The notes beneath the pieces are model-generated. The model had not been told where the DNA came from. It worked only from the letters and a program-made list of their open reading frames with translations, and ran no database searches. 64,000 bases of DNA from assembly GCA_049975705.1 (NCBI GenBank), contig JBNGCS010000007.1:1-64000 (forward strand). Reading direction: 5' to 3'. A program made the translations under genes and the position numbers. This DNA comes from Candidatus Bipolaricaulaceae bacterium (GTDB lineage Bacteria; Bipolaricaulota; Bipolaricaulia; Bipolaricaulales; Bipolaricaulaceae). Below are positions 40,485 to 48,926 of this stretch, piece by piece. The stretch's first letter is position 1. Every line of letters begins with the position of its first letter.

Positions 40485-43400
40485 CTACTCGCCCCCCGGC
40501 TGGGGCAGCTTGGCGGCAACCGGGAACCGAGTGACCAGCTCGCCCCATACCGTCAACGGCAGGCGGGCTCCTACCTCCAGCCGGGCAGGCAGATCCTTGT
40601 CGACAAGGAACCCCAGCGGCGTCCCCTCCGCAAGGCCGCGCCGCTCCAGCAGGGCCATGCCCACCTGACCATCTTCCAGCGGGGTGCAGCTGGTAACCCA
40701 GCCCAGCATGCGGCCAGATCGGTCCACCACCCCCGCCTCCGCGCGAATGGGTCGGCTTCCGGCGGGGATCCGGAACCGTACCACCTCCCGTTTCCACGCC
40801 TCCAGCGCGCGCAGGTACGCCTCCCGGCCGACGAAGAACGGCTTGTGGAGCTTGACGTAGGGGGCGAACCCTGCCTCGTGGGGGGCGATGTGGTGACGGC
40901 CGGCCAACTCGTGGCCAAACAGGGGTAGGCCCGCCTCGGTGCGGAGGGAGTCACGGGCGGCCAGCCCGCACGGTGCCACCTGGAAGGGCTCGCCCGCCTC
41001 CAGAATCCGCCCCCAGATCTCCTCTGCGTCCTGTGGGTGCACGTACAGCTCGTAGCCCAACCCCTCCCCTGTGTAGCCGGTGCGGGCGCACAGCACGTCC
41101 CGACCGCCCACCGAGAGCTCGAGGAACTCTGTGCGGCGCAGGGCACGCAGCCGGCGAGCATCCCGCGGGGACACCAGCCGCACCAGCACGGCCCGGGAGG
41201 CGGGCCCCTGCAGGGCGAGGTCGATCCGCGGGTCGGGGGCATGTGGTTCCTTGAGGTTGGCCAGGGTCACTTCCCCATCCGGCTCCACCCATGGCCGCTC
41301 GGGGTCCAGCAGAACTTGTCCGGAATTCACCGCGCACATCCAGTCCCAGTCCCTTGCCTCGTTGGCCGCGTTCACCACCACCAGGAACCGATCCCGGGCC
41401 CTGCGGTACACCATGAGGTCGTCGATCACTTCTCCGGCTGGAGTGAGCAGGAAACCGTACTGCGACTGTCCGGGGTGAAGCCAACCCGCGTAGTTGGTGG
41501 TTACCAGGTTGAGGAAGGACTCTGCGTAGCGGCCGGCGACCTCGAATATCCCCATGTGTCCCAAGTCGAACAGTCCGGCGCGCTGTCGCACCGCGCGGTG
41601 CTCGGCCAGGGCGGAGCTGTACCAAGCGGGCATCTGGTAGCCGGCGAACTGCACCAGCTTGGCCCCCAGCTGGCGGTGGATCTCCGTGAGGGGGGTGGTC
41701 TGCCCCTCCCGGCTGGGGGCGATGGGGGCACGCGCGTCCTTGGCCTCGGGCAAGGTAATGGCGTGTCCTCCCACGAAGTACGGCTTGCGGGGGGCGAACA
41801 GGTGTGGATGGTCTCGAAACACGGAGGCGGCGTCTCCGGCCACGCCGGCGAACAGGGCCTCCTGCCGGCGGGACTCAGTTTGATCTCCGTCCAGCTCGAC
41901 GTTCAGGTCGCCTTCACCTTCCAGGTGAAACGCCAACTCACCGGTGGACGCGTCGCCGGCTGCCATGGCGCTCACCACCGCCGGCCCCTGGACCTTGCGA
42001 TAGATGTCGCCATGATCGAACAGAACGTAGCCGTCGGCCAAGCCCGCCAGCCAACGGCGCAGCGGCTCGACTTGGCCGGGCGGGGCCAGAACGGCGAACC
42101 TCTCGCCGCCTTCAGGACCGTCCGGCAGCCGGCCCACGATCGCCTCCGCCACCACCTGAGCGTCGGCGTCGAAGAGGGCGGCCCGGCGGGCGCGCCCCAC
42201 GGTGAGGGACAGGATGTGGGCAGAGCTGGCCTCGTGTAGCAGGTGCCCCGCCCGTCCGCCCTGTACCAGCAGGGCTCCGCAGGGTGACGACGGGCCGCGC
42301 CCCACTGCGGCGGTCAGCCGACAGGGCGCGGCGGTCCTGTCCCGGGTCTGCCCGGTTCCTTGCCCGTCGACGTCCGCGCCCCGGCGGGCCAACCGGGCGA
42401 CCCGGGCCCGGGACTCGCTCAGCAGGCCCACGGGGACCTTGCCGCGGGATAGCGGGCCGGTGAGGCCCAGATAGCTGAAGGGGCGGATCTCGGTGAGCAC
42501 CCGGGCGGTGATTTCCGCGATCTCTTCCATCTCGGCCTTTCCCATTCCCCGCTGGGTCACCCAGGGCGTGCCGTAGCGGATGCCGCGGGCATCGGCGGCC
42601 GAGGTGTCCCCGGGGATGGTGTTCTTGTTCGCCACCAGGCCGACCAGGTCAAGCAGCCGGGCGGCGATCTCTCCCATCAGGGGCTGACCGTTCGGCGTGC
42701 GCACCTTGCGCAGATCGATGACCAGCAGGTGGGTGTCTGTCCCCCCGTAGCACAGCCGAAGACCCTGCTGTTGGAGGGCGTGGGCCAGGTGGCGGGCGTT
42801 GTCCACGATGCGGTGCTGGCAGGTCCGGAAACTCTCAGTCCTTGCGATCTGGAAAGCGCAGGCCATGGCCGCGAACTTGTTCACGTGGGGCCCCCCCTGC
42901 GCGCCCGGAAATACCGCCAGCTCGATCGCCTTGGCCAAGTCAGGGTCGCAGGTCAGGATCACCGCCCCCCGCGGCCCCGCCAGGGTCTTGTGGGTGGTGA
43001 ACATCACTACGTCGGCGTGGCCGACCGGGTTGGGATAGGCGCCGGCGGCTGCCATCCCGGCGGTGTGGGCGATGTCCGCCAGCAGCAACGCCCCGGCCGC
43101 GTCGGCGATCTCTCTGAAAGCCTCCCAGCTTGGGGCCCACGGGTAGGAAGTGTAGCCCGCCACGATCATCTTGGGCCGGTGTCGCTTGGCCAGATCGAGA
43201 ATCTGGTTGTAGTCGAGCCGTTCACTCCGGGGGTCCACGCTGTAGGGGACCACCTTGAACCGGCGGCCGGACTGGTGGAACGGGGAGCCGTGGGACAGAT
43301 GTCCCCCCTGGGTTAGGTCAAGGGCCATGAGCGTGTCCCCGGGGGACAGGAGGGCGTCGTAGATCGCCATGTTCGCCGCGGCGCCTGAGAGGGGCTGTAC

Positions 43401-43799
43401 GTTGGCGAATATCTCGTCTGGCCCCACCAGTTCGTTGGCGAAGCACTCCGCCGCCCGCCGACAGGCGAGCGATTCCAAGACGTCCGCCATCTCCACGCCC
43501 TTGTAGAAGCGGCGGTCGGCGTACCGCCGGAAATAGGCCAGCTGCTCGGGGAGGTCGACCAGCCGGCTCTCGGGCAGTCGGAGGGTCTCCTCCCGCGGGT
43601 ATCCCTCAGCGTAGATGGAGGTGAACACGGATTGGAGCGCCTCGCGGACGGCGACGGGAGTGAGGGATTCGGAGGGGATGAGGATGATCTTGTCTCGTTG
43701 GCGCCTCTCTTCGGCATTGATTAATTTCTGCAACTGGGCGTCCATCTCTGCCAGCGCCATGGTCCACAGCAGGCGTTCGTCCATTGAAGCTCCTTTCAC
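40485..43799 (-). CDS. tri-partite fusion: serine hydroxymethyltransferase (N) - unknown ~280-aa region - glycine-cleavage T-protein/aminomethyltransferase (C)
   Basis: One uninterrupted 1104-aa frame; aa 1..~440 carry SHMT motifs (LIPSESLT, EGYP, VQPLSGAAAN, TTHKTLAGPRG, PGAQGGP, VANKNTIP, RGIRYGTPWVTQRG); aa ~740..1104 align to GcvT (LFDLGHMG, EVIDDLMVYR, CARTGYTGEGLGYE, ARDSLRTEAG). Confidence 0.75.
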   Translation of the reverse strand: MKGASMDERLLWTMALAEMDAQLQKLINAEERRQRDKIILIPSESLTPVAVREALQSVFTSIYAEGYPREETLRLPESRLVDLPEQLAYFRRYADRRFYKGVEMADVLESLACRRAAECFANELVGPDEIFANVQPLSGAAANMAIYDALLSPGDTLMALDLTQGGHLSHGSPFHQSGRRFKVVPYSVDPRSERLDYNQILDLAKRHRPKMIVAGYTSYPWAPSWEAFREIADAAGALLLADIAHTAGMAAAGAYPNPVGHADVVMFTTHKTLAGPRGAVILTCDPDLAKAIELAVFPGAQGGPHVNKFAAMACAFQIARTESFRTCQHRIVDNARHLAHALQQQGLRLCYGGTDTHLLVIDLRKVRTPNGQPLMGEIAARLLDLVGLVANKNTIPGDTSAADARGIRYGTPWVTQRGMGKAEMEEIAEITARVLTEIRPFSYLGLTGPLSRGKVPVGLLSESRARVARLARRGADVDGQGTGQTRDRTAAPCRLTAAVGRGPSSPCGALLVQGGRAGHLLHEASSAHILSLTVGRARRAALFDADAQVVAEAIVGRLPDGPEGGERFAVLAPPGQVEPLRRWLAGLADGYVLFDHGDIYRKVQGPAVVSAMAAGDASTGELAFHLEGEGDLNVELDGDQTESRRQEALFAGVAGDAASVFRDHPHLFAPRKPYFVGGHAITLPEAKDARAPIAPSREGQTTPLTEIHRQLGAKLVQFAGYQMPAWYSSALAEHRAVRQRAGLFDLGHMGIFEVAGRYAESFLNLVTTNYAGWLHPGQSQYGFLLTPAGEVIDDLMVYRRARDRFLVVVNAANEARDWDWMCAVNSGQVLLDPERPWVEPDGEVTLANLKEPHAPDPRIDLALQGPASRAVLVRLVSPRDARRLRALRRTEFLELSVGGRDVLCARTGYTGEGLGYELYVHPQDAEEIWGRILEAGEPFQVAPCGLAARDSLRTEAGLPLFGHELAGRHHIAPHEAGFAPYVKLHKPFFVGREAYLRALEAWKREVVRFRIPAGSRPIRAEAGVVDRSGRMLGWVTSCTPLEDGQVGMALLERRGLAEGTPLGFLVDKDLPARLEVGARLPLTVWGELVTRFPVAAKLPQPGGE

Positions 43800-43811
43800 A
43801 CCGCAGCGATT

Positions 43812-44918
43812 TTACTTGGCCAACCGCAGCGGCCGCCATCGCCGGGGCATCAGCTGGATTCCGGGCCGGGCCAGCTCCACCGCCAGGTACATCCCCCCCG
43901 ACACCAGCGCGTGCCCCCCCAGGAGGAAGGGAATCGGGGCGCGGGCGCAGGCTTCCGCCAGCTCCCGTAGAAACGGGGTCTGCACCGCGTCTGTCTGTAG
44001 CAGATCGCAAGCGAACCTGTCGTCGGGCAGCGGCCACAGGCCCCGGGCGGCGAGTAGCACCCGAGTGTCCCACACCACGCCGTGGGCCAGCTTGGACAGC
44101 GTCTCCACCAGTCGGGAGGGCGGATCGACCAACGCGGTGAGCAAGGAGCGGACTTCCCCCCTGGCGGCCCGACCGGTGGCCTCCATGCCCCGCCCCTCAG
44201 ATATGAACCGCACGGGGCAGGCTGCCTCCTCCTCCAGCAGGCGCATCACGTGGCCGCCCACTCTGCCGGCAAGCAGCAACGCCCCCTCCGGGCGGGAGAG
44301 GGTCTCCACTAGGCTTTGGGCCCGCTGCCTGGGGACTCCGTCCAGCGCCCGGCGCAGCTCCTCCGGAAGTCCAGGCCGCAGCGCCAGCAGCTGCAGTTCC
44401 CCCGGCGTATCGATGTCCAGCTGAGTGCCCGACGTCCGGGGCAGTTCGTAGCAGGTGTAGCCCGCCTCCCACAGTCGCAGGCCCAACGGGTTGTCCCGCT
44501 CCAGTCCGCGGAACAGTGTGGAAGGCGCGGGGCAGATCAGGCCGAAATCCACGGAGTAGAAGTTGTTGAGAATGGCGTAGGGGGGGGCGCAGGGGGCCGC
44601 GCTGAACAGGCGGGCGAGTTCTTCCTCCTGCATGAGAAACGCGCTCCCGGCGGAGAAATAGGCCACCTGTTGTGCGCCGAACTCACTGCTGAGTTGGGCG
44701 AGGCGCCCCCCGAACGCCCACGGGCCGGCCGGGTCGGGTACCACTTCCACGCCGCCTACGTCTTCCCAGTCCACCGGGCAGCGGGTGGCGATGACCACGC
44801 GGTTCAGCTCAGTAATTGCTGACAGTCTCCGGGCTAGCGTCCGACCCGCTGCCGTCCGCGCCCGCGGCACCACGCCCGCCCCGCCGCGGTCGAACAGGAG
44901 GGCGAGCGTCCCGGCCAT
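43812..44918 (-). CDS. hypothetical protein (368 aa), last gene of rpsF-ssb-rpsR operon
   Basis: 4-nt gap after rpsR; no recognisable motifs; occupies position usually held by rplI. Confidence 0.45.
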   Translation of the reverse strand: MAGTLALLFDRGGAGVVPRARTAAGRTLARRLSAITELNRVVIATRCPVDWEDVGGVEVVPDPAGPWAFGGRLAQLSSEFGAQQVAYFSAGSAFLMQEEELARLFSAAPCAPPYAILNNFYSVDFGLICPAPSTLFRGLERDNPLGLRLWEAGYTCYELPRTSGTQLDIDTPGELQLLALRPGLPEELRRALDGVPRQRAQSLVETLSRPEGALLLAGRVGGHVMRLLEEEAACPVRFISEGRGMEATGRAARGEVRSLLTALVDPPSRLVETLSKLAHGVVWDTRVLLAARGLWPLPDDRFACDLLQTDAVQTPFLRELAEACARAPIPFLLGGHALVSGGMYLAVELARPGIQLMPRRWRPLRLAK

Positions 44919-44921
44919 TCC

Positions 44922-45143
44922 CTAAGGCCTGGTCTCGTAGGGGAGCAGGGCTACCTTGCGGGCACGATTGATCTCCCGGGCCAGCTTGCGTTGGTGTTTG
45001 GCGCACAGGCGGGTGATCCGGCGGGAGAGGATCTTCCCCCGGCGGTTCATGAACTGCTGGAGCGCATCCGGCTGCTTGTAGTCAAGCTTCAGGCCCTGGT
45101 GGCAGGCCCGGCAAACCCGTCTTCTCCTTTGGTACGCCATCAA
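44922..45143 (-). CDS. rpsR: 30S ribosomal protein S18
   Basis: CR.C.. N-terminus, ..LKLDYKQPD.L..F...RGKIL.RR.T.LCAKHQRKLAREI..AR. Confidence 0.85.
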   Translation of the reverse strand: MMAYQRRRRVCRACHQGLKLDYKQPDALQQFMNRRGKILSRRITRLCAKHQRKLAREINRARKVALLPYETRP

Positions 45144-45562
45144 AACGGAACCTCCTCTTCAGAGTTGAGGTCGGGCGTGCTCTCGGTGTCCTGTTCGGGT
45201 TGGCCCTCGTAGTCCGACGTCGACTGCGGCTTGGGCCCCAAGAAGTGGACGCTCTGGGCGTTCACCTCTGCGATCCGCCTTCGCTCCCCTCCTTGGGTCT
45301 CGAAAGAACGGAACCGCAGCCGTCCGTCCACCGCCACTAACCTCCCCTTTTGAAGGTATGTGGCACACATTTCAGCTTGTTTGCCCCAGGCGACCACGGG
45401 AATGAAATCGGCGTCCTCTTCCCATTCCCCGGAGTCAGGATTCAACCACCGACGGTTGACGGCCACCCGGAAGTTGACCACTGCCCGTCCAGATTGAGTG
45501 TATCTCAGCTCAGGATCGGCTGCCAATCGCCCGGTGAGGAGTACCCTATTGAGATCTGACAT
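45140..45562 (-). CDS. ssb: single-stranded DNA-binding protein
   Basis: OB-fold N-terminus MSDLNRVLLTGRLAADPELRYT.SG.AV..F..AV; acidic tail ending EEEVPF. Confidence 0.85.
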   Translation of the reverse strand: MSDLNRVLLTGRLAADPELRYTQSGRAVVNFRVAVNRRWLNPDSGEWEEDADFIPVVAWGKQAEMCATYLQKGRLVAVDGRLRFRSFETQGGERRRIAEVNAQSVHFLGPKPQSTSDYEGQPEQDTESTPDLNSEEEVPF

Positions 45563-45565
45563 ACC

Positions 45566-45901
45566 CTACCCTTGATCCAAGCGAACGACCTGATACCGGA
45601 GTATCTCGTCGTCCATGTTGAATCGGCTCTCCAGCCCCTTCAGCTGATCGCTCGCCAGCTCGAACGTGACCAGTACGTAGTACCCCTCCCTGAAGTGATC
45701 GATCTCGTAGGCCAAGATCCGCGACCCCCACTCGTCGACCCCCTGGACCTGTCCCCCCTGGGACTCGATGATCTGGTTCACCTTAGCCACCTTGTGCTGG
45801 CGCTGCTCCTCGTCCAGGTCGGGGCGCAGGATATAGAGCATCTCATAGCCGCGGACTTCTTCCGCCAAGTCGGTATCCTCCTTCTCAAACGATGTTCTCA
45901 A
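45566..45901 (-). CDS. rpsF: 30S ribosomal protein S6
   Basis: ..YEMLYILRPDL.EE.....V..V...I...GG.V...D.WG.R.LAY.I family pattern. Confidence 0.85.
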   Translation of the reverse strand: MRTSFEKEDTDLAEEVRGYEMLYILRPDLDEEQRQHKVAKVNQIIESQGGQVQGVDEWGSRILAYEIDHFREGYYVLVTFELASDQLKGLESRFNMDDEILRYQVVRLDQG

Positions 45902-45975
45902 CAGGTAATTTAGCGTGGACAGGACGGTCTGTCAACTGAGGGGGCGAGAAACGCCCATGGCAAAAGGCATACCTC

Positions 45976-46004
45976 TTGACATAGGATTCACAATCCACTA
46001 TAAT
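45976..46004 (+). promoter_or_regulatory. consensus sigma70 promoter TTGACA-N17-TATAAT upstream of HU
   Basis: TTGACA 45976..45981, 17-nt spacer, TATAAT 45999..46004; about 37 nt upstream of HU start codon. Confidence 0.55.
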
Positions 46005-46040
46005 TAGCCACACTTGGATCTAGGGAGGGGGTGTTGAAGC

Positions 46041-46364
46041 GTGAACAAAGGGGAAATGGTCGACCGCCTCGCTGTTCGGACTGGGCTGACGAAGAAGGAT
46101 GCCCGCAAGGCGCTGGACTCCATGATCGACATCATCACTGAGGCCATGACCAACAACGAGGAAGTGCTGCTCACTGGATTCGGCAAGTTCGAGGTACGGG
46201 CGCGGAAGCGTTCCCAGCGCATCAACCCGCAGACGCAGCGCCGAATCATGGTGCCGGAGAAGGTGGTGCCCGCGTTCAAGCCCGGCAAGAATCTCAAGGA
46301 GCTGGTGGGCAAGCGTCTGAAGGCGGTGACTGAGCGCGGTGAACTCAAGGTAAAGAAGTCATAG
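46041..46364 (+). CDS. hup: HU/IHF-family nucleoid protein with lysine-rich C-terminal extension
   Basis: GTG start after GGGAGGGGG; MNKGEMVDRLA..GLTKKDA..AL.....I..A......V.L.GFGKFEVR.R..R.G.NPQT.....VP...VP.FK.GK.L. Confidence 0.8.
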   Translation: MNKGEMVDRLAVRTGLTKKDARKALDSMIDIITEAMTNNEEVLLTGFGKFEVRARKRSQRINPQTQRRIMVPEKVVPAFKPGKNLKELVGKRLKAVTERGELKVKKS

Positions 46365-46406
46365 GCTCTGACCTCATCAACTGGACATAGGGGTTGAGAG
46401 GCTCTG

Positions 46407-46437
46407 GCGATGCGGGGCGGCTGGAACCGGCAGGGTG
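46407..46437 (+). terminator. candidate hairpin downstream of HU (GGCGGCTG-15nt-CAGCCGCC)
   Basis: perfect 8-bp GC-rich stem; weak U-tract (GAAUUUCGG) follows. Confidence 0.3.
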
Positions 46438-46553
46438 ACAGCCGCCCTGAATTTCGGTGCGAAACCGCGGCGATGGGAGCGAAGGACTTGCCTTCCGGGG
46501 CAAGTTGAGTGTTAGATCGGACCGACAATCTCTTCCCAGGAGGTGGTTTGGCG

Positions 46554-46679
46554 ATGAAGTGGGGAGGCTATCCGCAGAAGAAGGTGGAGAGGGTGCTGGG
46601 GTCCAAGTGGGCCTACTACCTGCTGGCGGTGCTGGGCGCGGCGTTGCTGATGGGTGCGTCGCACAAGTGGTCTCCGTAG
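46554..46679 (+). CDS. possible 41-aa single-TM small protein
   Basis: MKWGGYPQKKVERVLGSKWAYYLLAVLGAALLMGASHKWSP; ATG 8 nt after AGGAGGTG; below track length cut-off. Confidence 0.3.
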   Translation: MKWGGYPQKKVERVLGSKWAYYLLAVLGAALLMGASHKWSP

Positions 46680-46864
46680 GGTGAGGAAGACGACACGCGC
46701 GCGACACGCCTGCGAGACGGTCGACAGAGGTAGCTCGCCTTGCTACCAAGTATCCCGGCCAGGCTATATGTATGGGCTGTCTCGCTACTCGGCCTTGTTG
46801 CACTAGGATATTTCGGTTCACAGATTGAGTTTGAGGGGGAGGAGGTTCTCCTCTCCATCTTTTT

Positions 46865-48037
46865 TTGCTCGCGGTCGCAGTTTACGACATCTTCTCATCT
46901 CGCATCCCCGAGTTCCGCGGGGAGATCTCGGCAAGTGCGGCTCTGCTTGTCACAGGGCTGTTGGTCCTTGGCCGGCCCCTTGGGGTGGTGAGCGGCGCCG
47001 TCGGCACGCTCGTGTCAGAGCTCTACCTGCGTGCCCCGTTTGGACGCGGCAGATCCTTAGCCAAAGTGCAGGTTCTCACCTTCAACCTCGCTCAGATCGC
47101 ACTGACCCTCGGGGTTACCGCGTGGGTGCTCGGCTTCGCCGATGTGCCCATTGGAGGTCTTCGAGGGATAGGTGACTTCGGTCTAGCCTCTGGCATGTTC
47201 GCCTTGTTCGTCCTCCTCAACTCGTCGCTGGTTTCCGGGGTAGTCTCGTTGTCCACCGGCCAGCCGTTCCGATACCTCACAGCAGATTGGTTCCGCGATT
47301 TCGCCCTTCAGTATCTGATTCTTGGCCTTTCCACGCTGCTGTTGGTCGTGTTGTATTCCATCTCTCCCTGGCACATGCTGCTGGGCTTGACCCCGCTGGT
47401 ACTGGTGCACTTCTCCTTCAGGAGCTTCCTGCGCATCCGGGCCGAGGCCCAGCGGACGTTCGAGAAGGTGGTCACCCTGTTGGAGCAGCGGGATCCCTAT
47501 ACCGGTGCCCATTCCCAGGAGGTGGGCGAGCTGGCCGTGGAGGTGGCGCGGGAGCTGGGCCTGCGGGCCTCCCAGGCGGAGATGATCAAGTCCGTCGCCA
47601 GAGTCCACGATATCGGTAAGATTGCTGTTCCCGACAGTATTCTTCTCAAGCCTGGCAAGCTGGAGCCCCACGAATGGGAAATCATGAAGCGCCATACCGA
47701 GGTGGGGGCTGATCTGCTCAAGGGACTCGAGATCTACGGCCGGTATGCGGACGTCGTGCGCTACGAGCACGAGCACTGGGACGGGACGGGCTACCCTGAA
47801 GGACTGCGGGGTGAGGCCATCCCGCTGGCGGCCCGGGTCATCGCGGCGGCGGACGTGTATCACGCCCTGACTTCTGACCGTCCGTACCGGCCCGCCTACT
47901 CGGATGAGGAGGCCCAGGAGATCATCCGCAAGATGGCGGGGCGAGAACTGGACCCCAAAGTCCTGGGAGCGCTGCTGCGGGTCCTGGAGCGCAGACAGCA
48001 ACAGAGGGAGCAGACTGAGGGGGAAGCGGGTCAGTGA
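46865..48037 (+). CDS. HD-GYP domain phosphodiesterase with N-terminal multi-TM sensor (7TMR-HD-like)
   Basis: HD..(HDIGK).., ..HTEVGADLL.., ..HEHWDGTGYPEGL.. HD-GYP signature; N-terminal TM helices; start uncertain because of a T7 homopolymer at 46860..46866. Confidence 0.75.
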   Translation: MLAVAVYDIFSSRIPEFRGEISASAALLVTGLLVLGRPLGVVSGAVGTLVSELYLRAPFGRGRSLAKVQVLTFNLAQIALTLGVTAWVLGFADVPIGGLRGIGDFGLASGMFALFVLLNSSLVSGVVSLSTGQPFRYLTADWFRDFALQYLILGLSTLLLVVLYSISPWHMLLGLTPLVLVHFSFRSFLRIRAEAQRTFEKVVTLLEQRDPYTGAHSQEVGELAVEVARELGLRASQAEMIKSVARVHDIGKIAVPDSILLKPGKLEPHEWEIMKRHTEVGADLLKGLEIYGRYADVVRYEHEHWDGTGYPEGLRGEAIPLAARVIAAADVYHALTSDRPYRPAYSDEEAQEIIRKMAGRELDPKVLGALLRVLERRQQQREQTEGEAGQ

Positions 48038-48621
48038 TCCTGCTGTGGGGGGCGGTGATTGGTGTTGTCGCCGGCTGGCTCGCCGGCGGGCGCCTGCGCA
48101 ACCTGGGAGGTCTCCGGCTGCGTGGTGGCTGGTTGGTTGGGTTGGCGCTCCTCATTCAGCTGCTGATCTTCCCCTTGGGTGACCTCGGCCCGCTGGTGGT
48201 CCACGGGACGGTGCCGCTTCATCTCGCCTCCTACGGCGTGCTCGCCGCCTTCCTGGTCTGGAACGTGGCGCACTGGCCGATCGCAGTCATGGGGCTGGGG
48301 TTGATCGCCAATCTCGTGGTCATTGCCGCCAACGGCGGCTACATGCCGGCGGATCCGGCCGCATTGGCCCGCGCAGGGGTGGAGGCGGCGGTCGCCCTGC
48401 AGCAGGATGGGGTGGTGGCCAACGTTGTTCTTATGGGACCTGAGACCCACCTCAACTTCTTGGGTGACTGGCTCTTCCTTCCCCAGGCCGTCCCCCTGGC
48501 CACCGCGTTCAGCCTGGGAGATCTGGCCATTGGCCTGGGCCTGGCGTTGTTCTTCCCCTACGCGATGCGGGGCAAGCGGGTCGCGGATGGCGCGGCTGAC
48601 GACGGAGGCCGGGCAGCCTGA
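48034..48621 (+). CDS. integral membrane protein of unknown function
   Basis: ATGA overlap with HD-GYP stop; 4-5 predicted TM helices. Confidence 0.5.
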   Translation: MILLWGAVIGVVAGWLAGGRLRNLGGLRLRGGWLVGLALLIQLLIFPLGDLGPLVVHGTVPLHLASYGVLAAFLVWNVAHWPIAVMGLGLIANLVVIAANGGYMPADPAALARAGVEAAVALQQDGVVANVVLMGPETHLNFLGDWLFLPQAVPLATAFSLGDLAIGLGLALFFPYAMRGKRVADGAADDGGRAA

Positions 48622-48926
48622 GGCTTGCCGCAGGAGGAGTGGAGGGGAGCAGGGTTTCCCTTGCCCATGCCGATTCGAACGGCAGCCTTCTGGGCCGGGC
48701 GCAGTCCCGTCGGCAGGAGGGAACCGACGGACGCGGAGACCGACCTGTGGGGCTATAAACCCCCGTCTGGCTGGCACCCAGCCACGGACTAGCCGCCTCG
48801 CTGGGCGGCTCTGCTCCCCCCCGGCGTGCTGATGTGTCTCCGGCGGGCGGGGCTTTGGCTGACGAGCCTCTGCCCTTGGGCTGGCTTGTTGGCCGAATGG
48901 GGATTATAGCTGGGGGGGAGGTCCCG

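Noticed and set aside
48660-48700. Possible tRNA or tmRNA from T-loop GCCGTTCGAATCGGC
   Set aside because: No complementary acceptor 5' strand or D-arm could be folded within 100 nt, and a tmRNA-sized partner would have to lie inside asnS. Kept only as a low-interest motif.
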